Source: Candidatus Latescibacterota bacterium
Lineage (GTDB): Bacteria; Latescibacterota; UBA2968
DNA: 64,000 bases
Direction of reading: 5' to 3'
Assembly: GCA_965205975.1 (NCBI GenBank)
Contig: OZ242195.1
Span: 864,001 to 928,000, forward strand
Shown: positions 10,741-21,386 of the stretch, piece after piece
Layout of the letters: each line of letters starts with the position of its first letter
How positions within the stretch are numbered: the stretch's first letter is position 1
Program-made: the position numbers and the translations under genes
The notes under the pieces: generated by a model
What the model saw: only the letters and a program-made list of their open reading frames with translations
Told to the model about the DNA's origin: nothing
The model's database searches: none

Positions 10741-11523
10741 TTACCGTGGATCAAACCAGTTTTTTTCGGGGTTGTCCAATTCGCGAAAGTCGCGCCCCGT
10801 GACGTGAATAATTTTACACATTTCGAGAAAGCGAGAATAGATGCGCCCCTGCGCGAGGTCTTTCAATTCATCAACTTTCTGATTTGTGGTCACAAATGTC
10901 AGGCGTTGATTGGCATAGCGAGCGTCAATGAGGTTGTAGAGGATTTCCATTTCCCATTCGGTATTGCGCTGTACGCCAAAGTCGTCGATGACGAGATAGG
11001 GAACATTGCTCAACACGTCAATCATCGGCATGGCCTGCCCATGCGTGTCACTGCTTTCGTCAAATGTGCGTCTGATCTCGTGAAAGCTTTTTGAAAGCGA
11101 GATAAACTTGCCGGGTTTTACAAATCGAAAAATGAGCTCGTTGAGCAAAATATAAGCAAAGTAAGTTTTTCCACGACCTGGCTCACCCCACAAATAGAAG
11201 CCTTCAATCGATTTTTCTGTTTTAGTGAGAATTTTATCGTACAATGCCTCAAAATGTTGTTTGAGTAATTGCGCTCCTGGGATGGGCTGCCCATTCTCAT
11301 ATTGCTCCTTAAAGTCCCGTAAAAACTTAAAGCGAAATCGATCGGGAATGCCCGATTTTCGGATGTATTTGTCAATGTGAATAATCTTCATCCGAAAGGA
11401 ATAACATGGGCACCAGGTGGGTTCGCCGCTCTTTGCATCTACAACCATAAAAGGCGACTTGCCGCCGCATTGACAGTGTTCGAGGACTTTTTGAGAAAGT
11501 TTGATTTCGCCGTGAAGCCCCAC
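10741..11523 (-). CDS. DnaC/DnaI/IstB-family AAA+ ATPase (helicase-loader-like) with N-terminal Cys pairs; true start may lie near 11598
   Basis: Walker A GEPGRGKT, Walker B LVIDDFG, TTN, RIYSRF; CQC...CPC. Confidence 0.85.
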   Translation of the reverse strand: MGLHGEIKLSQKVLEHCQCGGKSPFMVVDAKSGEPTWCPCYSFRMKIIHIDKYIRKSGIPDRFRFKFLRDFKEQYENGQPIPGAQLLKQHFEALYDKILTKTEKSIEGFYLWGEPGRGKTYFAYILLNELIFRFVKPGKFISLSKSFHEIRRTFDESSDTHGQAMPMIDVLSNVPYLVIDDFGVQRNTEWEMEILYNLIDARYANQRLTFVTTNQKVDELKDLAQGRIYSRFLEMCKIIHVTGRDFRELDNPEKNWFDPR

Positions 11524-11601
11524 TTTTACATGGGGGTCGTAGTAATAGCCAGGGTCATTGGAGGGGAGGTCAATGCCTGTTGTTTGTGGAGACGTGATGA
11601 T

Positions 11602-12072
11602 TTACCTCCCGTTGCGGGTGCGTGTCTTCAACGCCTGTTCGACTTCGCGTTGGGCATCTCGGCGGGCAATATCGCGCCGCTTGTCAAATTGTTTTTTGCC
11701 GCGTGCCACGCCGAGTTCGACTTTGGCTTTGCCGCGTTTAAAATAGAGTTTGAGAGGAATTAATGTGTGGCCTCTTTCATTGATATATCCTCTCAGGCGA
11801 TTGATTTCATGGCGGTGGAGCAGCAATTTTCGTTTGCGCTCAGTGTCGTGGTTAAACTGGTTGCCCTGTGCATATTCGCTGATATGCGTGTTGTGCAAAT
11901 AAGCTTCCCCGCCCTCAATACGCGCGTAGCCATCTTTCAAATTGGCCCGGCCTTCGCGCAGGGCTTTGACTTCTGTACCCCGCAATTGCAGGCCGGCTTC
12001 ATACGTGCTGAGGATGTGGTAATCGCGCCGTGCTTTTCGGTTTTGCGCGATGATTTTGATACTTTCTGACAT
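11602..12072 (-). CDS. smpB: SsrA-binding protein
   Basis: [36 protein letters not shown] before ATG 12072. Confidence 0.98.
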   Translation of the reverse strand: MSESIKIIAQNRKARRDYHILSTYEAGLQLRGTEVKALREGRANLKDGYARIEGGEAYLHNTHISEYAQGNQFNHDTERKRKLLLHRHEINRLRGYINERGHTLIPLKLYFKRGKAKVELGVARGKKQFDKRRDIARRDAQREVEQALKTRTRNGR

Positions 12073-12084
12073 TAGCACCTCCGC

Positions 12085-12915
12085 TCATATATCGGGTTGC
12101 AGGATGTGCATGAGATGTTCGAGTTTTTCTGCGCGATTTGGGTCGTCCAGGTTTAGATATGTATATCTGAGGTTGTTCATCATGCGAAAGAGCGTGAAGG
12201 AGTTGCTGGCTTTAGAAAAGAGATCGTCCGAGATTTTTTCACCAATGAGGTCGGCGCATTCATTTGCCGTAAGGATCTGTCCCCGATTGTGCGGGTCAAT
12301 ATAAATATGTTGATCGTTTTGGGTGTATTTGACGATGTAGTGCTTGGGTAAAGCGACGCCTGAGATGGGCAATTCCAGGCGTTGTGCGAGAATGAGATAG
12401 ACCGCTGAGAGCGTTATCGGCCAGCCACGCTTGCGATCGAGTACGCGGTTGAAATACGTATCGTCGGGATCATGGCGGGTAGATGCGTGAAATCCTTGCT
12501 CGTCAAAGAGATAATGGTTGAGTGTGCGAATGATGCGAATGGGATGATCGTCGGGGGCAATCCTGGGCGCGAGTTCAAAGGCCATGTATCCCAGGCGCGT
12601 TTTGTAAGCACTTTCATCGAGGTCGGGATATCCAAATCGCGCCAGCGCAAAGACGCCTTCTTCGAGGGCAATATCGCCGTGTTGGTCGCGTGTGAGACTG
12701 CGAAACCGCATATCGAGAGACGGTTCTCTAAATCGCCTGAGTACGCGGCTGACTTCTCGATGTGCGCGTGAGTCTTCGGCGCAGGCACTGTGGATTTCGC
12801 GTGTGGCCTTCTCGCCCAAATCATACAGTTTTTGGCGCATGCGATCCACAATGTCGGGGGAGGCGTCCGATAGAAGCGATACAATGGCGCGGATTTGTGC
12901 GGAGTGGAGTGTCAT
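12085..12915 (-). CDS. SirB1-like transglutaminase-core protein
   Basis: VLDRKRGWPITLS..Y, GVALPKHYIV, IDPHNRG, RMMNNL. Confidence 0.85.
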   Translation of the reverse strand: MTLHSAQIRAIVSLLSDASPDIVDRMRQKLYDLGEKATREIHSACAEDSRAHREVSRVLRRFREPSLDMRFRSLTRDQHGDIALEEGVFALARFGYPDLDESAYKTRLGYMAFELAPRIAPDDHPIRIIRTLNHYLFDEQGFHASTRHDPDDTYFNRVLDRKRGWPITLSAVYLILAQRLELPISGVALPKHYIVKYTQNDQHIYIDPHNRGQILTANECADLIGEKISDDLFSKASNSFTLFRMMNNLRYTYLNLDDPNRAEKLEHLMHILQPDI

Positions 12916-14789
12916 ACAGGTGCACCGCGTTTTTTTAGCATAATCATAAGTAGAGCAATATCCGCAGGCGAAATGCCGGGAATGCGAGATGCCTGCCCCA
13001 GTGATCGAGGTCTAATGCGGGTGAATTTTTCAATAGCTTCATTTCGCAAAGCTGCAATGGCAGCATAGTTAAAGTTTTCGGGAATATATTTTTTTTCCAA
13101 ATTGTGAAAGCGTTGCACCTGTTCTTCTTGTCGGCCGAGATATCCTTCGTATTTGAGTTCAATTTCGACCGATTCACACACATCCTCGGGCAGGGTTTCA
13201 GAAGCAGGTGACAATTGTGTGACAGTGTCGTAAGACAATTCTGGGCGCCGCAAAAGTTCAGCGAGCGTCACCGCGCGTTTTAAGGGAGAAGAATGCGATG
13301 CTTTAAGTGTTGTTTGAATATCGTCGGTTGGGGTAAGGCGCGTTGATCGCAGCCGTTCGATTTCTTCGTCGATTTGCCGTTTGCGTTTGCAAAAGCGGTT
13401 ATACGCCTCGTCGGAAAGCAGGCCAATTTTTCGTCCGAGTTCGCACAGGCGCAAATCCGCGTTGTCCTGCCGCAAGAGCAGGCGATATTCGGCCAGCGAG
13501 GTAAACATGCGATAGGGTTCTTCTGTGCCTTTGGTCACGAGGTCGTCAATCAGCACGCCGATATAAGCCTGCGACCGATCCAGGATTATGGGATCGTCAC
13601 CCCGGGCGGTTAAGGCGGCGTTGATGCCCGCCATAATTCCCTGCCCAGCAGCTTCCTCGTATCCGGTGGTGCCGTTGATTTGTCCCGCAAAAAATAGACC
13701 GGCGATGGGTTTGGTTTCCAGGGTAGGATGTATTTGCGTTGGAGGCACATAGTCGTATTCGACGGCATAGGCCGGGCGCATGATCTCTGCCCGTCCAAGA
13801 CCGGGGATGCTGCGTACAACCTCGATCTGTACATCTTCGGGCAAGCTCATCGATAGGCCGTTGAGATAGACTTCAAGAGTGCGATATCCCTCGGGTTCGA
13901 GAAAAATTTGATGCCCTTCCTTGTCGGGAAAGCGCACAATTTTGTCCTCTACCGAGGGGCAATACCGGGGTCCCACACCCTGGATGCGTCCGCTGTACAT
14001 TGCAGAGCGATCCAGATTGCTGCGAATAATGTCGTGCGTTTTTTGCACGGTCATTGTGAGGTGACAGCTGAGTTGCTCTTGCTCAATGCAGGCGGTGTGG
14101 TAGGAAAAGGGGCGAGGATCGGCATCGCCGGGTTGTTCTTCGCAGGTACTAAAGTCGATGCTGCGTGCATTGACGCGCGGAGGGGTGCCGGTTTTGAGTC
14201 GCCCGAGTTCAAAACCGAGTTGTGAGAGGCCATCGGATGCTTTGTCGGCGGCTTGCTCACCTGCACGCCCCGCACTGTAGGAAAAATCGCCCACATGAAT
14301 GAGGCCCTTGAGGAAGGTGCCTGTGGTCAGGATTACGGTTCTGGCGGCAAAAACTGTTTTGGCTTTGGTAACCACACCCTCAATACGTCTGTTTTTGACC
14401 ACGAGATCTTCGAGCAAGCCCTGTTTGACGTCAAGGTGCGGCTGGTTTTCGATTACTTCTTTCATGCGAAACTGATATGCTTTTTTATCTGCCTGCGCTC
14501 GAGGAGCCTGTACGGCGGGTCCTCTGCGCCGATTGAGCATGCGAAATTGCAGACCTGCGGCATCAATATTGCGTGCCATTTCACCGCCCAGAGCATCAAT
14601 TTCGCGTACCATATGACCTTTTGCAATGCCGCCAATGGCCGGGTTGCACGACATCTGCGCGATGGTGTCGAGGTTCATGGTCAGCAGTAGCGTTTCACAT
14701 CCCATACGCGCAGAAGCCAGAGCGGCTTCTGCTCCCGCATGTCCACCGCCAACAACGATGACGTCGTATTTTTTTTCGTATATCGACAT
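12912..14789 (-). CDS. mnmG: tRNA uridine 5-carboxymethylaminomethyl modification enzyme MnmG (GidA)
   Basis: GGGHAG, MSCNPAIGG, GPRYCPS, GQINGTTGYEEAA. Confidence 0.98.
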   Translation of the reverse strand: MSIYEKKYDVIVVGGGHAGAEAALASARMGCETLLLTMNLDTIAQMSCNPAIGGIAKGHMVREIDALGGEMARNIDAAGLQFRMLNRRRGPAVQAPRAQADKKAYQFRMKEVIENQPHLDVKQGLLEDLVVKNRRIEGVVTKAKTVFAARTVILTTGTFLKGLIHVGDFSYSAGRAGEQAADKASDGLSQLGFELGRLKTGTPPRVNARSIDFSTCEEQPGDADPRPFSYHTACIEQEQLSCHLTMTVQKTHDIIRSNLDRSAMYSGRIQGVGPRYCPSVEDKIVRFPDKEGHQIFLEPEGYRTLEVYLNGLSMSLPEDVQIEVVRSIPGLGRAEIMRPAYAVEYDYVPPTQIHPTLETKPIAGLFFAGQINGTTGYEEAAGQGIMAGINAALTARGDDPIILDRSQAYIGVLIDDLVTKGTEEPYRMFTSLAEYRLLLRQDNADLRLCELGRKIGLLSDEAYNRFCKRKRQIDEEIERLRSTRLTPTDDIQTTLKASHSSPLKRAVTLAELLRRPELSYDTVTQLSPASETLPEDVCESVEIELKYEGYLGRQEEQVQRFHNLEKKYIPENFNYAAIAALRNEAIEKFTRIRPRSLGQASRIPGISPADIALLMIMLKKRGAPV

Positions 14790-14797
14790 ATTTGTTT

Positions 14798-15826
14798 TTA
14801 TTGCTGAGCGTGTACTGGTGTGCCAATTGCCAGAAGATGATCGTTTTGCGATTTACTTTGTATCGTTTCGACTTCAAATCCCAGATCGGTAATCATCTGG
14901 TGTGTATCTTCTACATCCAGGCCGCCTGTGGTCAAATACCCTTCCATAAAGAGCGAGTTAGCTGGATAAAGCGCCAGAGGTTGGAGGGATCGGAGATTTT
15001 TTTCTCGACCACCCGCTACGCGAATTTCGGTTGAAGGGTTGACAAATCGGAACAGACACAATGCGCGCAGACAATCGTGAGGGGTTAAGGAATTTTGATT
15101 CGACAGGGGCGTGCCCGCGATGGGGTGTAAGAAATTGACGGGAATGGAGTTGACGCCAAGGTCGCGCAAAGACATTGCCATATCAATTATGTCGTTGTGG
15201 GTTTCTCCCATACCAATAATGCCGCCGCTGCACGTATCCAGGCCTGCTTTTTGGATGTTGTACAGGGTTTCTAACCGGTCTTCGTAGGTATGTGTAGATA
15301 CAATATGCGGCGTGTGTACTTTGCTGGTGTTGAGGTTGTGATTGACGCGATCGACGCCTGCGTCTTTTAAGCGTTGTGCTTTTTCTCCAGTCAGTAAGCC
15401 CAAACAACAACAGATGTCGATATCTACTTCCCGTTTGATCTGGCGGACTACACCTGTAATGGCATCAACTTCATTATCGGTGGGCGCGCGGCCACTCGTG
15501 ACAATGCAGTAGCGATAAGCACCGTTTTCTTTGGCTTTGCGGGCTGCGTCTATCATTTCGCGGGCTGGCCGCAGTGGATATTTATCAATTGGTGCGTTTG
15601 AGACAGCCGATTGCGAGCAATAGGCACAGTCTTCGGGACACAAGCCACTTTTGGCATTCATCAGCACATGGATGTGTACTTTGCGCCCAAAATAATGATG
15701 GCGCACCTGGTATGCCGCGTGCAAAAGCGGTAGAATATCGCGGTCAGACGTTTGAAGAATAGCGTGCATTTCAGCGTTTGACAAGTCGGTTCCAGAGAGG
15801 ATTTTTTTTGCATAAGAGGTGTACAT
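14798..15826 (-). CDS. bioB: Biotin synthase
   Basis: Radical SAM CPEDCAYCSQS, NHNLNT, CSGGIIGMGE, IPVNFL, RVAGGRE. Confidence 0.96.
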   Translation of the reverse strand: MYTSYAKKILSGTDLSNAEMHAILQTSDRDILPLLHAAYQVRHHYFGRKVHIHVLMNAKSGLCPEDCAYCSQSAVSNAPIDKYPLRPAREMIDAARKAKENGAYRYCIVTSGRAPTDNEVDAITGVVRQIKREVDIDICCCLGLLTGEKAQRLKDAGVDRVNHNLNTSKVHTPHIVSTHTYEDRLETLYNIQKAGLDTCSGGIIGMGETHNDIIDMAMSLRDLGVNSIPVNFLHPIAGTPLSNQNSLTPHDCLRALCLFRFVNPSTEIRVAGGREKNLRSLQPLALYPANSLFMEGYLTTGGLDVEDTHQMITDLGFEVETIQSKSQNDHLLAIGTPVHAQQ

Positions 15827-15856
15827 AGTATGTCCTGAATGTCTATTTTTTTGTAG

Positions 15857-16378
15857 TTATCGATAAAATGCAAGGCCGAGAGCTGCGGTTACAACAATGG
15901 CCAGAGCGGGATGAAGATTGAGAAAGTTGATAGCTGCAAAAGCAGCAACCGCAATGAGGGCCGTGTGCCAGGAAGTAACAGATTTGGGACACATTTCCCA
16001 GACCACGACGATTAAAAGCCCAACTACTGCCGGACGCACGGCTTTGAGCATGGCCTGTACGAGCGGGGTATCCTTATAGTTCATAAAAAACAAACCGAGG
16101 ACCATCATCATGAGCAATGAGGGGAATACCGTGCCAAAGAGCGCGACCACAAGGCCAGGTGTATCGGCGACCTGGTATCCTATATACGCAGCCATTTTAG
16201 TGGCAATGGGACCGGGAAGTGCATAGCCCATCGCAAGGGCGTCTGTAAATTCTTCTATGGTCATCCAATTATTGTGATCGACGACTTCTTCTTGAATGAG
16301 TGGGATCATCGAAGGACCGCCGCCATAGGCAAAGATGCCGACTTTGGTGAATGAAACAAACAGGTCCCATAGCTTCAT
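15857..16378 (-). CDS. Short-chain chromate transporter (CHR family)
   Basis: FTKVGIFAYGGG and ALPGPIA motifs; hydrophobic. Confidence 0.9.
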   Translation of the reverse strand: MKLWDLFVSFTKVGIFAYGGGPSMIPLIQEEVVDHNNWMTIEEFTDALAMGYALPGPIATKMAAYIGYQVADTPGLVVALFGTVFPSLLMMMVLGLFFMNYKDTPLVQAMLKAVRPAVVGLLIVVVWEMCPKSVTSWHTALIAVAAFAAINFLNLHPALAIVVTAALGLAFYR

Positions 16379-16658
16379 TAAAACGCTCCTTGTAAGCGTA
16401 ACAGATTGTTAAACATCAAGGTTATGAATAAAATCGCTTCTTATAGCGAAATGGAAATATATCCATTTCACGCTTATGAGACAAGGTAAATCACATCGGG
16501 AATCGTCAAAATTGCTACCTGATTTTGCATTGGATTTTTTGCTCAGATTTTTTACATTTGAGCACGATTTTGTTGTGCGTCAATCTATTTTTCTGTAATT
16601 GTGCGGGGAGACGGCGCAATAGAAACGGAATAAGATCTGGTTTAATTTCTATTTATCG

Positions 16659-16687
16659 TTGACAATCCCGGGCCTTTTTCCTATTAT
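16659..16687 (+). promoter_or_regulatory. Sigma70-type promoter
   Basis: TTGACA-17 nt-TATTAT about 30 nt upstream of ATG 16719. Confidence 0.7.
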
Positions 16688-16718
16688 GCCCGCTCTTTTT
16701 TGGCGGCGATTTACTCCC

Positions 16719-17426
16719 ATGTCGGTATTAGAAAAACTCCAAAAAATCTGTGATCAAAATCCGGCGTCCATTTTATTTGCACGTCTGGCAGATGGGTTGT
16801 TGCAGCGTGGAGAGATCGCACGCGCAATTGAGGTTTGCCGCCGCGGATTGCGCTATCGGCCGTCATATACAGCGGGCCATGTGGTAATGGGTAAGTGCTA
16901 CCATGCGGCCGGGGATTATGAAGAAGCGCGTCTGGCGTTTCAAAGGGTATTGCTATTAGATGACGGTCATCTTGCCGCACATTGGTATATGGGCAAAATC
17001 GCTTTGCAATTGGGGCGTGACGACCTCGCGCTCAAATATTTTGAACAGGCTCATGTTCGCGATCCATTTAGTCCCGAACTCATAGATCAGATTCTCAAAC
17101 TCAAGGGTGAGGCGGTTGAAGAGGAGCAGGACAACGGCCCTGAGTCTGGCGGTTCTGAAGTCGTATCTGGAAGCGAGGCATTTGCTCAGGCGCTTTTAGA
17201 AGAAGATGACGAAGACGATTTGGATGCGCTGGTTATGTCTCTTAAACGCGAGCCAAAATCTGGGGAAGAGGCTCCTGTTATAGCAACGACCACGCTGGCG
17301 GAGCTATACGCGAGTCAGGGCCTTATTCCGGAGGCCATCGCAGTTTTGGAACAGGTGATTGCACGCGAGCCCGACAATGAGCATATTATTGCCCGCCTAT
17401 ATGAGTTGCGGAATTTATCGGAATAA
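16719..17426 (+). CDS. Tetratricopeptide repeat protein
   Basis: FARLAD..., several TPR-like helices, C-terminal TTTLAELYASQG motif. Confidence 0.88.
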   Translation: MSVLEKLQKICDQNPASILFARLADGLLQRGEIARAIEVCRRGLRYRPSYTAGHVVMGKCYHAAGDYEEARLAFQRVLLLDDGHLAAHWYMGKIALQLGRDDLALKYFEQAHVRDPFSPELIDQILKLKGEAVEEEQDNGPESGGSEVVSGSEAFAQALLEEDDEDDLDALVMSLKREPKSGEEAPVIATTTLAELYASQGLIPEAIAVLEQVIAREPDNEHIIARLYELRNLSE

Positions 17427-17440
17427 GAGGAACTGAGAGC

Positions 17441-18175
17441 ATGAATCAGGAGTATGACGGAATTGCGGAGGCCTATAGGGATTCCAAGCAACTTTCATTT
17501 CGAAAATATATTGAAGAATATACCTTTTTTCATATACTGGGAGATGTCGGAGGGGCAACGGTCCTAGACCTGGCTTGCGGTGAGGGATTTTACACGCGCA
17601 AGATCAAGCGAGCCGGGGCGGAAGAGGTCACAGGCGTCGATCTTTCCGCAGAAATGATCAAGTTGGCAGAAGAAGAAGAACGCATCCGTCCTCTGGGATG
17701 CAAGTACCTGAATCGAGATGTGGCACAGCTCGATATGGCTGAATCTGTCGATATCGTAGTGGCGATATATCTTTTAAATTATGCCAGGACAAAAGAGGAA
17801 CTTCTCAATTTTGTCCTGGTGGCTTATAATAGACTGCGACTGGGGGGGCAATTTGTCGGATTTAATGACAATGTCCAGCATGTTCCCAAGGGAACTACTT
17901 CCTTTGCCCAATACGGATTTGACAAAGTGTGTACTCCTTCTCCTGAAGAGGGCGATATTATTTTGTATCAAATGATCAATGAAGATGGCACGCAGTTTGA
18001 GTTTAAGAATTATTTTCTCAAACCAGAAACGTATCAGTGGGCTTTTCAGAAAGCTGGTTTTTCCGACTTTCAATGGGTCGGTCCGTTTATACATCCATCT
18101 CAGCAGCACAACCCATTTTGGGATGCTTTTATGTCTCATCCTCCACTCATTGGTTTTTGCGCGTCAAAACAATAA
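17441..18175 (+). CDS. Class I SAM-dependent methyltransferase
   Basis: VLDLACGEG, GVDLS. Confidence 0.9.
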   Translation: MNQEYDGIAEAYRDSKQLSFRKYIEEYTFFHILGDVGGATVLDLACGEGFYTRKIKRAGAEEVTGVDLSAEMIKLAEEEERIRPLGCKYLNRDVAQLDMAESVDIVVAIYLLNYARTKEELLNFVLVAYNRLRLGGQFVGFNDNVQHVPKGTTSFAQYGFDKVCTPSPEEGDIILYQMINEDGTQFEFKNYFLKPETYQWAFQKAGFSDFQWVGPFIHPSQQHNPFWDAFMSHPPLIGFCASKQ

Positions 18176-18220
18176 GTTCATATCCCAGCAGGGATGATCG
18201 TTGACAATAAAGGATTGTTT

Positions 18221-18778
18221 ATGGTTTCTACTTCTGACTTTCGCAATGGTATGGTTATTCGCCTGGATGGGCAGCTTTTTTTTATGACCGAGTTTGAGCA
18301 TTTTAAGCCCGGCAAAGGTGCTGCGGTCGTGCGCACCAAGCTCAAGAGTGTGAGGTCGGGTGCTGTGATTGACCGCACATTCCGGTCGGGCGACAAAGTA
18401 GATGATGTCCGCCTGGAAAAACGAAAGAGCCAATACTTATATAAACAAGATACATTTTACATTTTTATGGATACTCGCACGTACAACCAATACGAAGTGC
18501 CCACGGAGATTGTGGGTGATGCACAACAGCTGTTGCAGGAAAATGAGATTGTCGATGTACTGATTGCCGAGGGAAATGCCCTGGGTGTGGAACTGCCCAT
18601 TTTTGTGGAATTGAAAGTCGATCAAACCGATCCCGGCTTGCGAGGCGATACGGCCACTGGTGGCACAAAGCCCGCGCGCGTGGAAACCGGGGCGACAGTG
18701 CAGGTTCCGCTATTTGTCGAGATTGGCGATGTGTTGAAAATCGATACGCGCACCCAATCTTATGTCGAACGGGTTTAG
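18221..18778 (+). CDS. efp: Elongation factor P
   Basis: KPGKG loop, PGLRGDTATGGTKPA, VPLF, IDTR. Confidence 0.97.
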   Translation: MVSTSDFRNGMVIRLDGQLFFMTEFEHFKPGKGAAVVRTKLKSVRSGAVIDRTFRSGDKVDDVRLEKRKSQYLYKQDTFYIFMDTRTYNQYEVPTEIVGDAQQLLQENEIVDVLIAEGNALGVELPIFVELKVDQTDPGLRGDTATGGTKPARVETGATVQVPLFVEIGDVLKIDTRTQSYVERV

Positions 18779-18787
18779 GAGATTACT

Positions 18788-19261
18788 GTGAAAATTTCCA
18801 AGCAGATAATAGCGAGTGCAAAAGAACTCATCGACCTGATTGGTGCCGATGATGTGGAGGAAGTTGAAATTGAGCGCAAGCTCTTTGGGCGCGGCCGCAT
18901 TCGCATTGTGCGCGCCAGCCAACAAGCCCCCATTGTGCAAACGCTGGCCGCACCGCCAGCGTCAGCATCTGTTGATGTACCGAAGACTGAAGATGCTATA
19001 AGTGAAGACGATGGGCGCTATCACACTTTGCGCTCGCCTATGGTGGGTATGTTCTACCAATCGCCAAACCCCGAAGCACCGCCTTATGCAACAGAAGGCG
19101 ATGAGGTGGCGAGAGGGCAGACCCTGTGTATTATTGAAGCCATGAAGATTATGAATGAAATCGAGTGTGATGTGAATGGTCGGGTAGTGCGCGTACTGGT
19201 TGAAAATGCCGCGCCCGTCGAATACAACACACCCTTGTTTTTAATTGATCCACAAAAGTAG
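18788..19261 (+). CDS. accB: Acetyl-CoA carboxylase biotin carboxyl carrier protein
   Basis: SPMVG, EAMK biotinylation motif. Confidence 0.95.
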   Translation: MKISKQIIASAKELIDLIGADDVEEVEIERKLFGRGRIRIVRASQQAPIVQTLAAPPASASVDVPKTEDAISEDDGRYHTLRSPMVGMFYQSPNPEAPPYATEGDEVARGQTLCIIEAMKIMNEIECDVNGRVVRVLVENAAPVEYNTPLFLIDPQK

Positions 19262-19359
19262 TCGTGCCCTTTCAGGGATGCCTATTCGCTTGTTGCCGCT
19301 TGCCCTCTCCCGGCGAATGAGCAGGCCCTATTGACCTTTCCTTTTTTGAGATCATACCT

Positions 19360-20703
19360 TTGTTTGAGAAAGTTCTCATTGCCGACCGCGGCGAGATTGC
19401 TCTGCGTATTATCCGAGCCTGTAAAGAATTAGGCCTGAAAACCGTTGCGGTTTATTCTGAAGCGGATAGCAATTCGCTACATGTCGGTATGGCCGATGAA
19501 GATGTTTGTATTGGTCCGCCCCCCGGCGAGCAAAGCTATCGAAATATTCCGCGGATCTTAAGTGCTGCCGAAGTGACCAATGCCGATGCGATTCATCCGG
19601 GCTATGGCCCTCTGGCCGAGAATGCCGAGTTTGCCGAAATTTGCGGTACCTGCGGCATTGTTTTTATTGGTCCGTCTGCAGAATCGATACGCAAGATGGG
19701 CGATAAGGCTATCGCACGAGAGACCATGCAAGGAGCCGGTGTGCCCGTTGCGCCGGGTACGGGGGTTTTGGAGAGTTATGAGGAAGCCCGTGAAGTTGCG
19801 CGTGACATTGGATATCCCGTGCGCCTCAAAGCCGTGGCAGGCGGAGGCGGACGGGGGATGCGTACTGTATTTTCAGAGAGCGAGTTAGAACGCGCATGGC
19901 AAATGGCACAGGCCGAGGCACAGGCGGCGTTTACATCTGGCGCGCTCTATTTGGAAAAAGAGATTGTGCAGCCCCGGCATGTGGAGATTCAAGTGTTGGG
20001 AGATTTGGCGGGGCGTATTGTGCATTTGGGGGAACGAGAGTGTTCGGTTCAGCGACGGCACCAAAAGCTTATTGAAGAGTCGCCTTCACCCGCAGTTGAT
20101 GACGTCATGCGCCTGCGTATGGGAGAGGCGGCTATCAAAGGTGCTCTCGCGGTTGGATATGCCAGTGCTGGCACGGTTGAGTTTTTGCTCGACGCTTCCG
20201 GGGATTTTTATTTTTTAGAAATGAATACGCGGATCCAGGTTGAGCATCCGGTTACAGAGACGGTGGCAAGTCTCGATCTGGTCAAATGGCAGATCCGTAT
20301 CGCAGCCGGTGCTTCTCTTTCATTTTCTCAAGATCTATTTGATTTCAAAGGGCATGCTATTGAGTGTCGAATCAATGCCGAAGATCCAGAGCATAATTTC
20401 AGGCCCTCGCCCGGCACAATTACGTCCCTTCACATGCCGGGTGGTCCGGGCATTCGCATTGATTCACACGTATATACGGGATATACGGTTCCGCCGCAGT
20501 ACGATTCCCTTTTGGCCAAGCTCATCGGATATGGGGACACGCGCGATGAGGCAATTGCGCGGGTGATACGCGCGCTCGAAGAGTTTGTGATCGAAGGTGT
20601 GCCAACGACTATTCCCTTTCACCTCCATGCTTTGCAACACGAGGATTTTAGAACGGGACGGGCAACAACAGAATTTGTGAATAAATTGGGCTATGGTGGG
20701 TGA
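19360..20703 (+). CDS. accC: Biotin carboxylase
   Basis: [33 protein letters not shown]. Confidence 0.97.
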   Translation: MFEKVLIADRGEIALRIIRACKELGLKTVAVYSEADSNSLHVGMADEDVCIGPPPGEQSYRNIPRILSAAEVTNADAIHPGYGPLAENAEFAEICGTCGIVFIGPSAESIRKMGDKAIARETMQGAGVPVAPGTGVLESYEEAREVARDIGYPVRLKAVAGGGGRGMRTVFSESELERAWQMAQAEAQAAFTSGALYLEKEIVQPRHVEIQVLGDLAGRIVHLGERECSVQRRHQKLIEESPSPAVDDVMRLRMGEAAIKGALAVGYASAGTVEFLLDASGDFYFLEMNTRIQVEHPVTETVASLDLVKWQIRIAAGASLSFSQDLFDFKGHAIECRINAEDPEHNFRPSPGTITSLHMPGGPGIRIDSHVYTGYTVPPQYDSLLAKLIGYGDTRDEAIARVIRALEEFVIEGVPTTIPFHLHALQHEDFRTGRATTEFVNKLGYGG

Positions 20704-20745
20704 ATCCCATTCTCAGCTATAGGCAAAGGTATAAAGGAGCAGAAA

Positions 20746-21129
20746 ATGTCGGAGATTCCAGAAGATTTACTTTTTAACAGCGACCACGATTGGGTTCGGA
20801 TTGAGGGCGATACGGGCACATGCGGGATTACGGATTACGCGCAGGGAGAGCTGGGCGATATTGTGTTTTTAGAATTGCCAGAGCCTGGCGATTTTGTTAC
20901 CCAGGGGGAATCCTATGGCATAATTGAGGCGGTTAAGACTGTGTCCGATCTCATTGCACCGGTTTCGGGTGAGGTGGTTGATGTCAATACCCAGTTGACA
21001 GATGATGCTGCTCTGGTTAATGACGAGCCTTATGGAGAGGGATGGATGATTCAGGTGCGCCTTTCAGATCCTACAGAGACAGAGTTTTTAATGGACGCCC
21101 AGGCCTATGCGGGCCTGGTTGATGAATAA
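20746..21129 (+). CDS. gcvH: Glycine cleavage system H protein
   Basis: GITDYAQGELGD, EAVKTVS lipoyl motif, PYGEGW. Confidence 0.96.
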   Translation: MSEIPEDLLFNSDHDWVRIEGDTGTCGITDYAQGELGDIVFLELPEPGDFVTQGESYGIIEAVKTVSDLIAPVSGEVVDVNTQLTDDAALVNDEPYGEGWMIQVRLSDPTETEFLMDAQAYAGLVDE

Positions 21130-21177
21130 GGGATGTTGTGCTATTTTGCTCGATCTGTGAGAAAGAGGAGTTGTGCG

Positions 21178-21308
21178 ATGCGTATTCGAATGAGTGTCAA
21201 TACTGAGTTTGAAGACCAATTTTGGCCTGCCACCGACAAATTTTGAGGTATCATGGATGCGGCCGAGTACAAGCCTATTGTGCTCGGCTTTATTTTTTGA
21301 TTACATTT
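21178..21308 (+). pseudogene. Relic of the N-terminus of a type I restriction-modification HsdM subunit
   Basis: After GAGGAG: MRIRMSVNTEFEDQFWPATDKF*GIMDAAEYKPIVLGFIF*, matching the HsdM consensus FExxLWxAADKLRGxMDAAEYKHVVLGLIFLKYI with a stop and a frameshift. Confidence 0.75.
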
Positions 21309-21386
21309 TAGAGACACCTTGCGACCTGAGCGTTTATCAGGCAAAATCTGCCTATGCGAAGCAGAGAAATTGATAGAGACAAAGAT

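Noticed and set aside
10741..11523. ATPase as IstB of an IS21 element
   Set aside because: No IstA transposase or terminal repeats, and the gene sits inside a housekeeping operon.
11524..11601. tmRNA or tRNA next to smpB
   Set aside because: The gap is only 78 nt with no tRNA-like ends and reads as an open coding frame.
16379..16500. BirA operator upstream of the CHR-bioB operon
   Set aside because: The TGTAAGC...TTAAACA half-sites have the wrong spacing; only a generic hairpin near 16446-16473 is evident.
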